Part shown: positions 1 through 15,081 of the stretch, one piece after another
How the letters are laid out: every line of letters starts with the position of its first letter
How positions within the stretch are numbered: position 1 is the first letter of the stretch
Assembly: GCA_951406725.2 (NCBI GenBank)
Contig: OX597824.1
Location: 11,594,001 to 11,658,000 of the forward strand
Origin: Octopus vulgaris
Lineage: Eukaryota
Reading direction: 5' to 3'
DNA length: 64,000 nucleotides
Position numbers and translations under genes: made by a program
The notes under the pieces: generated by a model
The model's database searches: none
Seen by the model: only the letters and a program-made list of their open reading frames with translations
Told to the model about the DNA's origin: nothing

Positions 1-760
1 TCTATATTTACTATGACTATGTATAAACACTTCATTGGAAAATCATATACATTTGTTGAGGGCTGTAGCAAAATGAGGAATGTAATTCAGATGAGTGATT
101 AAAGATCTGGTGTCAACATAGAATCATAAATAGGAAACATTGAAAATAAAAATCAAAAGTACAGAATACTGGTAACTTAGCTATTGCAGATGTGACTAAG
201 CCAGGCCAGTATATATGGTGAAATGTTAAAATGGTTATTTATTAGCCACAAGCTCCATAAAATGATAAAGCAATGCAATAAATAGGATGGTTAGATACCC
301 TAACAAATTTGCAATAATAATAGTGACAACAACGATAAATTAGCAAAGATCCAATCACAACACCAACACCGATGACAACAGCAGCTAGTGATGATGACAA
401 CAATGACAACACCAATGATAACAGCAATAACAATGGCAATGACAACAGCAACAACAATGATTGGGCAGAACAATAAGAGCCTTGACATGGTCCCTCAAAC
501 TCCAAGAAATATCAACCAAATCTCTCTCATATCACACTGTTACAAAATAGAAAGATCACATGGGATGATGTCATCCTAGATACACTGTCTGAATAGGAAG
601 TATGACATGTCAATGAGAGACAACACCTTTGATAAGGGTCCCCCGTCGTGTCCTCTTCAGGTCAGCTAATCTCGTCTGCCACTAGCTTAGTCATGATACC
701 CAGCTCTCTCCTGTGCCTCCACAAACTACAACAGTGTACTACCTTTTAGGCAACAGTATT

Positions 761-990
761 GGCGGTGAGCTGGCAGAAACATTAGCACACCGGGCGAAAT
801 GCGTAGCCGTATTTTGTCTGCCGTTACGTTCCGAGTTCAAATTCCGCTGAGGTCGACTTTGCCTTCCATCCTTTCGGGGTCAATAAATTAAGTACCAGTT
901 ACGCACTGGGGTCGATGTAATCGACTTAATCCGTTTGTCTGTCCTTGTTTGTCCCCTCTGTGTTTAGCCTCTTGTGGATAGTAAAGAAAT
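761..990 (+). mobile_element. tRNA-derived SINE with Meta-like central domain (family A)
   Basis: Pol III A/B-box head (gagctggcagaa...gagttcaaattcc), central gccttccatcctttcggggtcaataaattaagtacc resembling the MetaSINE domain, and tail gtaaagaaat. Confidence 0.85.
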
Positions 991-1406
991 TAGTAGTATT
1001 GGCAAGCTGGCTAAATCAACTTGAAAGTAGCCAAACAAGTCAAACTTAGTGATGTTCGTAAATAGCTTGTCAATCTATGCTTATGAAGACTGTATTACCA
1101 GCAGACTGTGCAGAGGAAATCTAACTACTATCAGTGATCAGGTTTCAATGAACAGAAATGCAATATTCTGGGACATTGCTGTGAGATACATACATTATCC
1201 TGGTCATCCCATTGCATCCCTGGTGTACTTTCAGTCATCAAAATCTGCTTTGCCACTCACTCAGGAAGTGAGAAACAAGAGAATGAGGCTGATTATTCAA
1301 TATAGTTCTCCCTCACTAGAATCCAACTCCAGCATAAACAAGAACTCAGATTTCTTAAAACAAACAGATGGCAAACCTATCGTTGCAGTGGTCAAAATAT
1401 CACATA

Positions 1407-1720
1407 TCATCATCATCATTTAACGTCCACTTTCCATTCAAGCATGGGTTGGACGATTCGACTGAGGTCTGGCGAACCAGATGGCTGCACCAGACTCCAA
1501 TCTGATCTGGCAGAGTTTCTACAGCTGGATGCCCTTCCTAATGCCAACCACTCCGAAACTGTAGTGGGTGCTTTTATGTGCGACCGGCATGAGGGCCAGT
1601 TTGGTGGCACTGGCAATGGCCACGCCCAAATGGTGCTTTTTACGTGCCACCTGCACAGGAGCCAGTCCAGCAGCACTGGTGACAACCTCACTCGAATATT
1701 TCACATGCCACCAGCACAAA
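1407..1720 (-). mobile_element. RTE 3'-end fragment
   Basis: Reverse complement of the 34785-34960 terminal core with (CAT)n tail plus GTGCC/GGCAC modules. Confidence 0.85.
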
Positions 1721-2794
1721 TGAAATCCTGCAATTTCCAGAGTTTCCTCATTTGTGAGAACACACAAGAGATGTGCTGTAGGTAGGAACAGTCTGGATTC
1801 TCCAGTTACCCACATGGCTATGCGCTCTGATGCTGATGGTCACTTCTAAGAAGTGCCATCAGTGTCTAGGAGGTGGAATCTTGATCATCTATGAAAATAT
1901 GAAAATGCAGGATGAATAAAGGAAGAAGGCAGGAAGAACAAGATGTATGAATAGAAAATGGTCAGGTCACAGATGTAATGACATTGATCATAGGTCTACT
2001 TAATCAGGGATGACCTGGGGCCAAGCAATAACAAACTAAATTTTATAACCACAATTAGTCAATATAAAAGAGCTGAGCAGACACTCTGACAATGAATCTA
2101 CTGTCAGGATACATTAGGAAATTGTCTATTAGTGTAGTATATCATATACCATTATACTTTCTGTAGGCTGTCATCAAGTCTTACAGTTTAGTTCTGCTAG
2201 TCTTTATCAATAACTAGCTTCTCTTGGGGGTTTTATTTTTATTTTTTCTTAGAAATGACTGCGAGTGTAGTAAAATAGATAATGAACAAGTTATGTGAAA
2301 GAAATTGAATAGATTTATAGAAAGGAAAGTTTGGACAGTGATTAGTGCAGACTGGCAATGCTTTGTTACCCAATATGTAAAGCAGTGAGACTATATAACG
2401 CAGCAGTGAGAATGAGATTGCAATCAATAGTGCTGTAGAAGGTATTACAATTAAATGCATAATAGCAAGGATATCAAAAATGTATATATATATCAATAAT
2501 ATTATAATCAAGCAGAGGTAAAGTTAGTCACTGCTAGAACAAGGGCAATATCTATCTGTGGATAGAAATTACTAAAAGGTGGTGGATCAGCAGAATCATT
2601 AAGGTGCCAGAAAAATTATGCTTCGCAGCAGAGTAGGAAGTGTTTTGGCACAGTCATTTTAGTGGCACCAATTTGATGTTGACTTATTTCACATCACATG
2701 TTTTAATGTTTCCTTCATTCTCTCCCCCATCTCATTATGTATGTAAGCATATTTCTCTTTGTGTGTATGAGGAAAAAGGAAAGTATTTATGTCT

Positions 2795-3555
2795 ATCATC
2801 ATCAGTTAATGTCTGCTTTCCATGCTGGCATGGGTTGGACGGTTTGACTGAGGACTGGTGAGTCAAAAGGCTGCACCAGGCTCAATCTGGTCTGGCAAAG
2901 TTTCTACAGTTGGATGCCCTTCTTAACGCCAACCACTACAAGAGTGTAGTGGGTGTTTTTTACGTGCCACCGACATGAAGACCAGTCGGGCGGTTCTGAC
3001 AACAATCATACTCAAAAGGTGTTTTTTATGTGCTACCTGCATAGGAGCTAGTCCGGCAGCACTGGCGATGATCATGCTCGAATGTTGTTTTTCACGTTGC
3101 CGGTAAGGCGACGCTGACAACGATCACACTCAAATAGTGCTTTTTACGTGCCACCGGCATGGGAGCTAATCCGATGGCCCTGGCAACAATCACACTCAGA
3201 TATGTTTTTAACGTTCCACTAGCACGAGTGCCAATCAGGTGGTACTGTCATTGGCCATGTCAGCGATTTTGATTTGATTTCACTTGCCTCAATAGGTCTT
3301 CTCAAGCAAAGTTTATTGTTCAATGAATGAGGGGTACTCATAAGTGGGCTAGTTACACCCCATGCTCAGATATGCATTTTACGTTCCACTGGCACGGGCA
3401 CCAATCAGGAGGTATTGTCATCAGCCACGTCAACGATTTTGATTTCACCTGCCTCAACAGGTCTTTGCAAGCAAAGTTTATTGTCCAATGAATGAAGGGT
3501 ACTCATAAGTGGGTTGGTTAAACCCACTGGCATAGGCCACGGGCTATGGTCATGC
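2795..3555 (-). mobile_element. RTE 3' UTR copy, nearly complete and older
   Basis: Terminal core, hairpin modules and cacttgcctcaacaggtctt modules; ends near the sequence just after the ORF stop (ggccacggg). Confidence 0.8.
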
Positions 3556-6500
3556 TTAATTAAATCGTAAGGTCTCCCCTGCTCTCACTATCAGTATGTG
3601 TATATTTCTGCATGCATGCATGTGTGTTTGTGTGCCCCCAGCATCAAAAAGTACTGTATTCAAAACAAGCTGAATGCTCAGTTAGCCATGCTAAACTGTC
3701 AGTGTCCAAACAACTTTACCCAACTGTCTGCTTGCAGTATATGTTTTGGCTCCAAGTTCAAATCCCGTCAAAGTCAATTTTGCCATCTATCTCTCTGAGA
3801 TCAATGAAATAAAGTGCCAGTCAAATACTGGGTCAGTGTAATCAACTAACCTCTACCTCTCATGATTGCTACCTTGATGCTTAAAACCAGGAACCGTTAG
3901 ATGTATGATTAAAAATTATTTCATATTCCACTGAAAAAATAGAAATTTGAATGAGCAGCTGAATGAAGAAATGATGGAAGTTTTATTTCTCTGTTCTGGA
4001 ATAAACTGACAAATCACAACCTACAACCAGTATTACAGAAGCACACATTGGATAATGTACTTCTAGATATTCTATGCCTGATTAAAAAAAAAAAAAAAAA
4101 AAAGGTGGGGGTGATCACAATTGAAACAACTTTGATGATAACAGTAATGTTTTGTGTCAGCAAAAATACAAATCATGGAAAAAGTGAAATATATAAACAA
4201 GTCATTCCATTGTTTGAATTATTTGATTACAACAGGTTTGCAAGATCAGGAAATGGCCCAGGGCTAAACAACAACAACAACAACAACAAATGAAAAATTT
4301 CAGCTCACAATTGTGGTAACAAGCTAATTCTTCTTGCCAGTCTCATTTATTGCCAAATCTCATAAATAATGTGGAACAGAACAACTCTGCTGAGATAAAA
4401 CTGTCTTTTACTATTTTTTCTTCTTCCTGTCTCTTAAATTTTCTACTCGGGATTAAGTTGTCATTGGAATTCTACTTCATTTTAGGTTCTCTCTCTCAGA
4501 TAAATTTACAACTGTAAGAATAGTCAACAATGTAATTAATTATGGAGCCTAGGATTGAAACATGAGCTATCATTTCAACAAGATCACTTTAAATGTTATT
4601 TCGGATACCACACGCATACAAAAACAAATGAGAGTATCTGTTTTGCATTCTTATTTTTCAGGAATAATGGCTATGAGGGGCTAAGATACTGAATTACCAG
4701 GGTTCAATTCTTATTAAATCTGTTGTGCTCCACTTTGAGAGAAGCACCTAAGTCCATCCCAGTTTGAGTGTAAAAAAACCCCAAAAAAACCATCTCGACA
4801 AGAGTTGTTGCCAGTGGGGAAAGAAAATCAGCTCAAACCATTTGCCCACGTTACTTTGGAAAAATGGACCTGATACACAGGGGGCTGTTTTAATTTAATA
4901 CTGCCTCAATTGCATACACTGGATTTTTATTCAGCTGGGCAGCTATTCACAACATCAGTGAATGTTTTATTCACTGTTACCAACATCAGAGGTATGAATT
5001 CTCGCTCAAACACATGGCTGGCTATGAGTATGCACCATGAAATGGCCTAAAAAGGCCAAAATGCACCTAGCACTCTCATTGGTCAAGGTTGGGACAAATT
5101 TTCATTTCAAATATCCTGTTTTCATCACAGCACATCTCTAAGAAATGTTATCTCAGGACAAGTATTACAGTAATTGGCCTAATCAACAGTGTACATACAT
5201 TAAGTATGACACTAAGATAGCTATTTCAAAGCCCTGTCATCATTGAAGACTATCTTTTATATCACGCTTCGAAACTATGCTTATTAGTGCTTTCTGTTAG
5301 TTATATTCTTGAATTCCACCAATAATTTAAACTAACTTGAGAGGAGTGAGATCTTGATGTACAGTCACTAAAAGAAATATATGCCAGCCATAGAAATATT
5401 CAGATTCTACTACCTTGAAGTGTTTTGTAGCACTAGGTTGGCTCTCACAGAGCAGACCTATGACATATAGGTAGTCTAGTAAACAATTGTGTGATACACA
5501 TATACACACACATCTGCAGCACTGGATATCCCATAGCTCCTAAATGAAGTGTTGCTTTGAAATAAATTTTCCACAGTGGTTTCAGCTGCAGCAATTAATT
5601 TAAATTTTTGCACTCGGGCAGTTAAAAAAAAAAAAAAACAGCTCAGAAAAGAAATCAGTTAATCACCAGTACATGTATGTGTGGGTGTGTGGGTGTGTAT
5701 ATATATATATATATATCCACACACTATCAAAGATCTTATAATTAACAGTGAAGCCCTTTAAAAATACAAAATACTAGCTTGTATTTTTTCTTTTATTTAC
5801 TTATTATTTGTTTCTTGAAATCATGATATATCTTTTTTCTTTTGTTTTTGTTTTTTGAATTACTTGAAAAGTTTCCTCAAACACTAGCTCTGGGTGCAGT
5901 AAGGCTTCAGTCATTCGTAATTTGATAAGAAACATTTTTCTTTCTTTTTTCTTTACTGTCTACGAAGAAGTCGGTGTCAGTAAGAAGTGTCAAATTGTAG
6001 GAGAATATTGCAACATCAATGTTCTCGACTGCCACAGCCCCTGTACTGAATATACTAATATTACTATGATTAGTAAATACAGTTACAGATTACTAGAAAT
6101 AAAGTTACTTGGGATGGGCTGAATTCTTCACACCAAGGAGGTGCCATAGTAAGCAGATGAATAGTTACTGATCTAAAATTCTTCAATTCAGAACACCACC
6201 ACCCCCACCGAAATTTCTTGTCTCTTTCAACCTCATAAGAAATCAAATAAAATTATACATTCATGTTTGAATGAGCAACAGTAGAAAAAATATCAAGTCG
6301 TGTTCTTGCAAACATTAATATTTTCAGAACTATCCAACTGCGAAAAAATGTAAAAATTTTGTTAAAATTAAATAAATAGAAATAAAAAAAAAAGCATGAC
6401 AGTAAGATTTGTAACTACAAATATGTATTCATATACACATTCAGTGCTTTTTCAGTCCAAGATGCCATGCAGTGGGACTGAACCTGGAACCAAGTGGTTG

Positions 6501-8136
6501 GTAAGCAAATTTCTTGCCACATAGCGACACCTGCACCTTTACTTTGTGTATTTTACATTTATATCCTTTCATGCTTATTAGATTGCATCACTGTAGTTCT
6601 ATGATATTGAGCACTCTACATATTACATATAGATATACTGGAAACATTGCACTGGGAAATGTGTTTCCATTGGGTGATATGAGCTTTTTACACACACACT
6701 TACATACAGGAATGGCTGTGTGGTTAAGGAGTACATTTCCCAACCATGTGATTTCAGTTTCAGTCCTACTTCATGATACTTTGGGTAAGCATCTTTCATT
6801 ATGGCCTCAGGCCAAGCTAAGCCTTGTGAGTGGATTTGGTAGACATAAACTGAAAGAAACCTGTTACACGTCACGTCATCACGAAATAGTTGTATACGAG
6901 CATCATCATCTTGCAGTCCTCTTTGAAAACACACCTGGCCAGGGGAAAACCTTGCTTGGAAACAAGTAAAGGTTGATGATAGGAAGGGTACCTGGTTACA
7001 GAAAATCTGCCTCAACAAATTTCAACTGACCAAAACAAGCACGGAAGAAAATTAGACATTTCAATGATGACTATGAAATTATCATCATTTAATATCCATT
7101 TTCTAGGTTGGCATGGGCTGGATGGTTTGACTGAGAACTAGGGAGCTGCACTGAGTCTTAATTTGATTTGCCATGGTTTCTACAGAAGGATGCCCTCCCT
7201 AACACCAACCACTCCAAGAGTGGTGGGTGTATATAAAACATAGAAAACAGGTATGGTATTCAGTGCTTTATAAGACATACACATATTTCATCAAAATGCC
7301 ATAATAATTGCATAACATTTGTAGAAACATTATATAATCTTGCACTTCACCTCATCAGTGTTCTGGAATGAATGCAATAACAGATATCGAAAGCCACACA
7401 CACACACACACACACACATCGGAGACAAACAGACAGACGGACAAAATGACAGGAAGGAAATTGACATAGAAACAAAAAAAGAGGAGAAAGAGATATATTC
7501 TGTTTTATTGCTATGATGTGACATGATGGCTCACTTCACAGTTTACTTTGTGAAAGTATAGATATAAAACAGTATAAATCAGTAGATATAGTGATTAAGT
7601 TAGTTCCAACAAGGAAGGAACAAGACTAGATTTTGCTTTTGATCTTTGTGGTTAGAATGAAACCAAATTTCAGCAGTAAGTTTAATATCAAAGGAAAGGA
7701 GAAGAAATGGGATAACATTTTATATAAGTTATTTGTGTAAAACGATAAAAACTCAGACGCATTGGTCTTTGAGAGATGACTTCAAAGACAATGATTTAAT
7801 GACATTTTGTGGATATAGATGAAAGGAAAATATTATCACTTCTATTTTACAAATATTAACACTGTTTAGCAAACAGGGTGGAACAATTTATGGAGAATAT
7901 GACAGAAAATATTTAGGACAACATTTATCTTTTTTTTAGAATGGTAGATATAGCTACGTAGTTAAAAAAAAGTCTACTTCTTAGTTATATGGTACTAGTT
8001 TTGATCTCATTATGCAACACCTTGGGCAAATGTCTCCTACAATAATCTTAAGTTGACCAATTCCTTGTGAGTGGAATTCAGCAGACAAACTGTGTAAAGC
8101 TCACTGTGTAATAAATAATATATGTATATGTGTGTG

Positions 8137-8420
8137 AAGGTGTAATGGCCCAGTGGTTAGGGCAGTGGAATCGCAGTCGTAGGAAAGTGGTTTTGATTCC
8201 CAGATCAGGCGTTGTGAGTGTTTATTGAGCGAAAACACCTAAAGGTCCATGAGGTTCTGCAGGGGGTGGTGGTGATCCCTGCTGTATTATTTCGCCACAA
8301 CTTTCTCTCTTTTTTCTGTTGGCCTGCTCGCTTAGCCAGCAGGGTGGCGTCTTTTGAAGGCTAAAACAATGTGAAGCACAGTGTGACCAGCAATGTCTGA
8401 TAGCCTGGTTGGTCACGTGA
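8137..8420 (+). mobile_element. tRNA-derived SINE related to family C at its head
   Basis: tggcccagtggttagggcagtgg...gattcccaga...gaaaacacctaa. Confidence 0.7.
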
Positions 8421-10244
8421 TCACATGAGATATATATATATATATATATAATTCAAACTGTACAAAAGACAAAATACAGAAACAAGTGAGGGAACGACAA
8501 ACAAAGTGTATTAGACACTCAAGGAAAATAGAAGCGTCTAAACTTTTGAGCCCACACTCTTCCGCTCTTCTACAATAAGGAAGTAGAAAAATCTAACCTT
8601 TGAAATATGTTAAAGAAGGACAATGTACAACACTAAGATTGCATTAACTGAGATTGTTTAGCCCCAAATCTGCTTATGATTAAAAAGTATAAAAGTAATG
8701 TCCATCTTGGCTGACAGCTGTCTCTGCTATAAGACACAGTTTGCTCAGAAAGCATTTACATATATGTATATACCATCCCAAATAAACTTTACTTCATTTT
8801 AGAAGCTCTGAAGAAGCTATAAGGTGATGTACAACCACTCAGCTCTAAGTGCACTGCATCATACAGCAGAAACAGTTCTAAGCTAATGAAGTTCATTGCT
8901 TAATTTCCGGTTCCTTTGCCATTTATTTAATTTCATATTATGTTCTATCTATACACACACACACACTTGTGAGTGCATTATGTATGTGTTCATGAATACA
9001 TATACTTATTTGCCTAGATATATATATATATATACATACATACATACATACATACATACATACACACATTCACATGTGAATATATGTATATATTCATGTA
9101 AGTGAATACATGTGTGTGTGTGTGTGCATGTATGTATTTATGCTGAAGAGAATGTGAAAGTGAAACAACGTTGATAAAAGATATTGTCTAAGAGTCTAGA
9201 CTAAACCTCCCAGTCCTGAAGGACTAACAAACTCCAGACAGCATGGGATCTTCTGACTCACCGTTATAAAATAGTTCTTTTTACAATAATGATAATGATG
9301 ATGATAATAATGATAATAGTAACAATAATCTCTTACTGAGCACAAGGTCAATTCTTCATAAAGGGGAGGAGATATAATTGATTGAATCAATCCTAATATC
9401 ACGTTAATGCTTAATTTATCGATGGAATAACATTTTATAGCTTCAGTGGTGGGGGTGGAGGAAGAGAGGGAAAGGGGGAGAGAAGACAGAAAAAGAGAAG
9501 ATTCACTACAATCTCAGTGTATTTCCACATGTATTATACATATGCTTATATAACAAAAGAGTTTATGTTGGAGATGGAAGAAATACTTCACCAAAAGCAA
9601 CAATAACCAGTGTTTTCTACTTCATCTCATGGAACACAAACATATTCATCTTTTATTTGTATTTCCAATCTCGTTTGGTCTGATACAAATCACCAGCGAA
9701 TCACCATTATTTGTCACTATTTTTATTATCCCTGGACCAACCAGGGAGCCTACACGCAATCACTTGTCTTGCAAGAATACCCAAATCATCCTTAAAACAC
9801 ACTACTACCTTAAAAAAAAAAAATGAATACTTTGGTTAATATAGTTATAAATGTGCAATATGTGAATAAAAGATGAGATAGTCAACAAAGAACTTTGAAT
9901 ATAGGTTTGCAGATTCAAGGATTGACCTGGAACTAAATAACTATTAAATCAACAAAGGAACCTCTATGTGCTCACTCAATATGCTATAAACAGCAGCCAA
10001 ATAGGTATCAAATCACTATTATTTAAATAGAGACAGGACACATTAAATATGGTTCTAGATAGACAGCCGAAAAAGATATGAAGATTATGATAATAGCCTA
10101 AACAGCTTTGACCAAGATCTGCTCAATCTGAACTATTCAAAGGCTAAACAACAACTGTATTGCATACAAGTGCTTGGGTGAGGACCGATTTCAAATTGCA
10201 ATTGAACTATAGATTTCAACATTCTCATTCCTCAAGTTATATAT

Positions 10245-10405
10245 ATCATCATCATCATTGTTTAACGTCCGCTTTCCATGCTAGCATGGGTTGGGCGATT
10301 TTGACTGAGGGCTGGCGAACCAGATGGCTGCACCAGGTTCCAATCTTGATCTGGCAGAGTTTCTACAGCTGGATGCCTTTCCTAATGCCAACCACTCCGA
10401 GAGTG
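10245..10405 (-). mobile_element. RTE 3'-end fragment
   Basis: Terminal core with (CAT)n tail. Confidence 0.85.
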
Positions 10406-10856
10406 CATGGTTAACGAGCTCACTTCACAGCTGTGTGGCTCCAGATTTAATCCCACATTGACACCTTGGTCAAGTAATCTCTACAACAGCCTCAGGTAGA
10501 CCAATACTTTGCAAGCAGTAGAATGTGGTAGATGGAAATTCTGCACAAGGAAGCGAGTAAAAGTTTGTGTAAAAGATGCAGGCATCAGCAAGAAGACTGG
10601 AAAGCCAATGTTCTTCAAAGAAAATCCTTTTGTGAAATCCGTTCAGTTCTTAGCCATATACACTTCCTATCACTCTTGTCATCAGAAATTCAGTAAACCT
10701 GTGATTAGCTCACTGAAAACATGTAAGCAAGGATACCATAAATATATATATATAAAATATATAGACATCCACACATATACATAGACCTACACAGATGTAT
10801 ACTTAATATGATCATGTGTATATCTAAGTTTATGAATTTGAGAAAGAGAAAGAGAC

Positions 10857-10893
<37 letters not shown>

Positions 10894-11149
10894 AATGTGC
10901 ATGATGTGAGATGCATGTGAGAAAAGAAAAAAGAAAGCAAGCGTGAGATGGAGGGTGAACAAATGCATCTAGGTATTATTTTCTGTAATGTATGTAAACC
11001 AAATGAAATGGAAATATATTTATCCAATGGATTATTACCACTTATATAAGGAAGTAATAGTCACTTGAAAAGAAAATAAGCTTTTATGTGATATTCTTAA
11101 TATTTACCAACTGTTTTCTTAATACTTTTAGTCAAATTAAAAAATCCTT

Positions 11150-11164
11150 TATATATATATATAT

Positions 11165-11204
<40 letters not shown>

Positions 11205-11479
11205 TTGCATCCCCTCCCATTTATTTCATTCGTTTGAAAGCATATTTTAAATTGATCAAGAATCACAGCAAATGTGTATGTATAAGAACACGTTTATATA
11301 CACACACACACACACACACATACACACACCAATTTGTATGCTTGAATATATGAGCATGCATGAAAATGTGTGTGCACAAATGCCTATGTATATAGGTATA
11401 CATAAATGGATGTATGTGTGCGCATGTGTGTGTGTGTATATATATATATATACATATATATATACATGAATAAATGTGA

Positions 11480-11520
<41 letters not shown>

Positions 11521-11652
11521 TATATATATGAATAAATGTGAGTGCATATATATATATATAAATAAATGTGAGTGCATATATATATATATAAATAAATGTG
11601 AGTGCATATATATATATATATAAATAAATGTGAGTGCATATATATATATATA

Positions 11653-11688
<36 letters not shown>

Positions 11689-11712
11689 TAAATGTGAGTG
11701 CATATGTGTGTG
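11150..11712. repeat. Compound TA/CA microsatellite with a repeated ataaatgtgagtgc(ta)n unit
   Basis: Direct reading. Confidence 0.9.
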
Positions 11713-12174
11713 TCTGTACATGTGATAGGATGAGAAAAGAGTGGTGCAGTTAATAAGATATATGAAATAGTGAAATTAATTCAAACTCAAATTATATAGA
11801 TTTCTGCTCATTGAGCACACACACACACACACATACACATTACACACATCATCACTCCAAGTAGGTGAAATTACAGCTAAATTTAGGTCAAAACATAAAC
11901 AACATTACATAAAGTGTTCGTTAGTAATTAAGTTGACAACATTAGCCATTTGTAAAGCAAAGAGATATGTTCAAAGGTTTTACTAGCTTCATAGAAATGA
12001 ATGAAATTCGTAGTGGAGGAAAATATTAAATCTAGCAGGAAGGACCCTTGGACATTCCACTGCTTACAAATGTTCATATTTCTGTTTTGATGTACAAATA
12101 TAAAGAACTTCATAACCCTGCTTCGTTATGCTAAAAGATTTTGTTAATGCCTCTGATTTCACACCACAGATAAG

Positions 12175-12495
12175 CTTGTCTAGTGCTGGCACGTAAAAAG
12201 CACCATCCGATCGTGGCCGTTGCCAGCTTCACCTGGGCCCCGTGCTGGTAGCACGTAAAAAGCACCATCCAACTGTGGCCGTTTGCCAGCCCCGTCTGGC
12301 ACCTGTGCCGGTGGCACGTAAAAAGCACCCACTACACTCACGGAGTGGTTGGTGTTAGGAAGGGCATCCAGCCGTAGAAACATTGCCAGATCAGACTGGG
12401 CCTGGTGTAGCCTTCTGGCTTCCCAGACCCCAGTTGAACTGTCCAACCCATGCTAGCATGGAAAGCAGACACTAAATGATGATGATGATGATGAT
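12175..12495 (+). mobile_element. RTE 3'-end fragment
   Basis: Modules, terminal core and (GAT)n tail. Confidence 0.85.
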
Positions 12496-12829
12496 GTAGC
12501 CTCAATCTTCACTGATTTGAGATAACATGGTACATTCAATTGTGATCCATGTTACACTTATGACGGATTGATCTGTGATAACATGGATCAGCAATCTGTT
12601 GTAGATTCTGCTTGTACTGTAAAAACGCACCCCTGTGACCACACACAATGCTCAACTACCTAGAATGCACTGACCACTGTTTGTGTTTAAATGACCATAC
12701 TGTGAAGCTGCATATTTCTTTGTGTAGGTTTAGATACTCATGTCCATCAATACAGGACCAATAAATAGTAAAATACAAAGGTACCTAATCCAAATGACAC
12801 AAACGAGCATATTCTCCACAGGAAATGGT

Positions 12830-13131
12830 TGTTGTTCCTTCTCGAGCCATGCCTGGCTCATCAGGGCCAGTCTCCTGGTTTCCTTGGCATATAGGTTCCC
12901 CACCTGGATGGGACGCCGGTCCATCGCAGATGAGCTGCAAAATGCAGGAGGAAAGAGTGAGAGAAAATTGTGGCGAAAGAGTCAGCAGAAGTTTCGCCAT
13001 TACCTTCTGCCAGAGCTGCGCGGAGCTTAGGTGTTTCACTCATGAACACACACATCGCTAGGTCTGGGATTCGAACTCGCAATCCCTCGACCGCGAGTCC
13101 GCTGCTCTAACCACTAGGCCATGTGACTCCA
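12830..13131 (-). mobile_element. tRNA-derived SINE with V-domain-like segment and (AAC)n tail (family C)
   Basis: tRNA head tggcctagtggttagagcagcgg...gagttcgaatccc; ctgcgatggaccggcgtcccatccagg resembles the V-SINE domain; 13-bp TSD cacaggaaaYggt (12817-12829 and 13132-13144). Confidence 0.85.
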
Positions 13132-13636
13132 CACAGGAAACGGTAGAGTAGATTGAGAAAATATGTGATGGTGGAAGCTCTGCTGTTGTGGGCTACAAGT
13201 TTAGTGTCATCGAATCTACCATTCATTCAATTCACAAAGTGCATGGATACGATTCATTTATCACTGTGTTGCTTTGAAACCAAATCCCTATGATAAACAA
13301 GGATACATGTCTCACAAATTTTGATTATTTTCAGTTTTGTTCCATGCATGTCATAACAAGTAATATAACGATAATACTTTCTATTACAGATGCAAAGCCT
13401 GAAAATGGGAGGGGGTGAGTTGATTACTGGTATTTATTTTATCAAGTCCCTAAAGGTTAAAAGACAAAGTTGACCTTGGCAGAATTTGAGTACTTGTGTC
13501 TGGCATGTTTATGATTCTTCTGGCATGCTAATGATTCTATCAGCTCACTGACTTGAACATAATAATAATAATAATACAAATATTCATGGATGGAAAATGT
13601 TTAGTTTAATTACTACAATGGCCAGAAAATCATTAA

Positions 13637-13846
13637 CCCTTTTTGTTACCAACCCGGCTGAAACTGGCTCTGTGGTACAAATGTCTTGTTTTCATAAGTT
13701 TTCAATTAAAATTTTCCACCAAACCTCAGCCACAGTTTATGTTCTTAACACTAGCTTAATGATAACTAATTTATTTTACTAAATTCTTAGTTAAAATAAT
13801 TGAAAGAAATACCGAGCATCTCAAAATAAATACGGTAATGAAAGGG
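13637..13846. mobile_element. piggyBac-like MITE, second family
   Basis: TTAA|cccttttgttacc ... ggtaatgaaaggg|TTTA. Confidence 0.7.
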
Positions 13847-13884
13847 TTTATACGTAAAAGGGAACAATAATTAGAATTTTTATT

Positions 13885-14260
13885 CGTTATCTTTTACTTG
13901 TTTCAGTCACTGGTTTATAGCCATGCTGGGGCATCACCTTGAAGGGCCTAGTCAAAAGAAATTGACCCTAGCGTTTTTTGCTTTTTTTAAAGTCTGGTAC
14001 TTGTTCTATCTTCCTCTTTTGCTGAACTGCTAAGTTACAAGAATGTATACAAACCAACATTGGTTGTCAAACAGTAGGAGGGGTCAAGCACAAAGACACA
14101 CACATATACAGTTTCTGTCTACCAAATTCCCTCACAAGGTATTGGTCAGCCCAGGGCTATAGCAGAAGACACTTGCACAAAGTGCATGCAGTAGGACTGA
14201 ACCCAAAACCACTTGGTTACAAAGCAAGCTTCTCAACCACACAGCCATGTCTGCACCTTA
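13885..14260 (-). mobile_element. SINE family B, older copy
   Basis: Diverged match. Further diverged copies lie at about 6705-7070(+), 15115-15475(-), 16460-16640(-), 19360-19735(-), 23855-24445(+), 28960-29515(+), 38920-39270(-), 47060-47570(+) and 59420-59730(+). Confidence 0.75.
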
Positions 14261-14874
14261 CATTTTATCCAGAATGTTGTCAAGAGAACAATGAAAAAAG
14301 GTGGAGGTGGTAAATTTAATTTCAGTAATGTCTCTATGAATTGTTGCAGTCCATTGAACCAAGTTTTGGCTCTAATTTCTCTTCAATAATGTCACTGACC
14401 GATCAGATTACATGGTCTGGATCTGAAGGATTTGTTGAATAAAATTGCAGGGATAAGATTTCACTGACAATGATTTCAACATAAACAACCTTGCAAATAA
14501 TTTGTGACAACTACACGGCTGTCCAATCAGCCACTTAACGAAGCCTAAATATGTCTGCTGTTGGAAAAGTGACTAATTTACGACCTCTGAATTGGACAGC
14601 TCTGATTACCAAGTATGGAAAGCTTCTGTTTGCAACGCTGTGGATTCACTGGTTGGAAATGGCTCAGCTTATCGCGGATGACCACTTGCCCTCTGTTTCC
14701 TATTTGGGTTGATGAAATAAATATCAGATAATGTAACATGGAAAATGATATAATTGATTAAAACCAATAAAGAAAAAGAATTATCCTTCATATTGAAAGA
14801 TGACTGATGGTGTCATTCTCAGAAAGCTATGCATTATTAAGAGTAGGGGTCCATCCAACTATAAAAATACTCCT

Positions 14875-15081
14875 TGGTGGCACACCGTGCTGGTGGCACA
14901 TTAAAAAGCACCCACTACACTCTCCGAGTGGTTGGCATTAGGAAAGGCATCCAGCTGTAGAAACTCTGCCAAATCAAGATTGGAGCCTGGTGCAGTCATC
15001 TGGTTTGCCAGCCCTCAGTCAAAATCGCCCAACCCATGCTAGCACGGAAAGCGGATGTTAAACAATGATGATGATGATGAT
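14875..15081 (+). mobile_element. RTE 3'-end fragment
   Basis: Terminal core and (GAT)n tail. Confidence 0.85.

Noticed and set aside
242-579. Hydrophobic or Thr/Met-rich ORFs
   Set aside because: Degenerate (ACA/ATG)n low-complexity tract.
5305-5326. Possible Rab4 exon (TIGVEF-like gaattccaccaat); also PLAADKKEL at ~17830 and FYEASK at ~11990
   Set aside because: Flanking codons do not match Rab4 and there are no appropriate splice sites.
13060-13131. Possible tRNA gene (also ~8140-8205)
   Set aside because: Imperfect cloverleaf continuing into a SINE body (with tail and TSD at 12830-13131): these are SINE heads.
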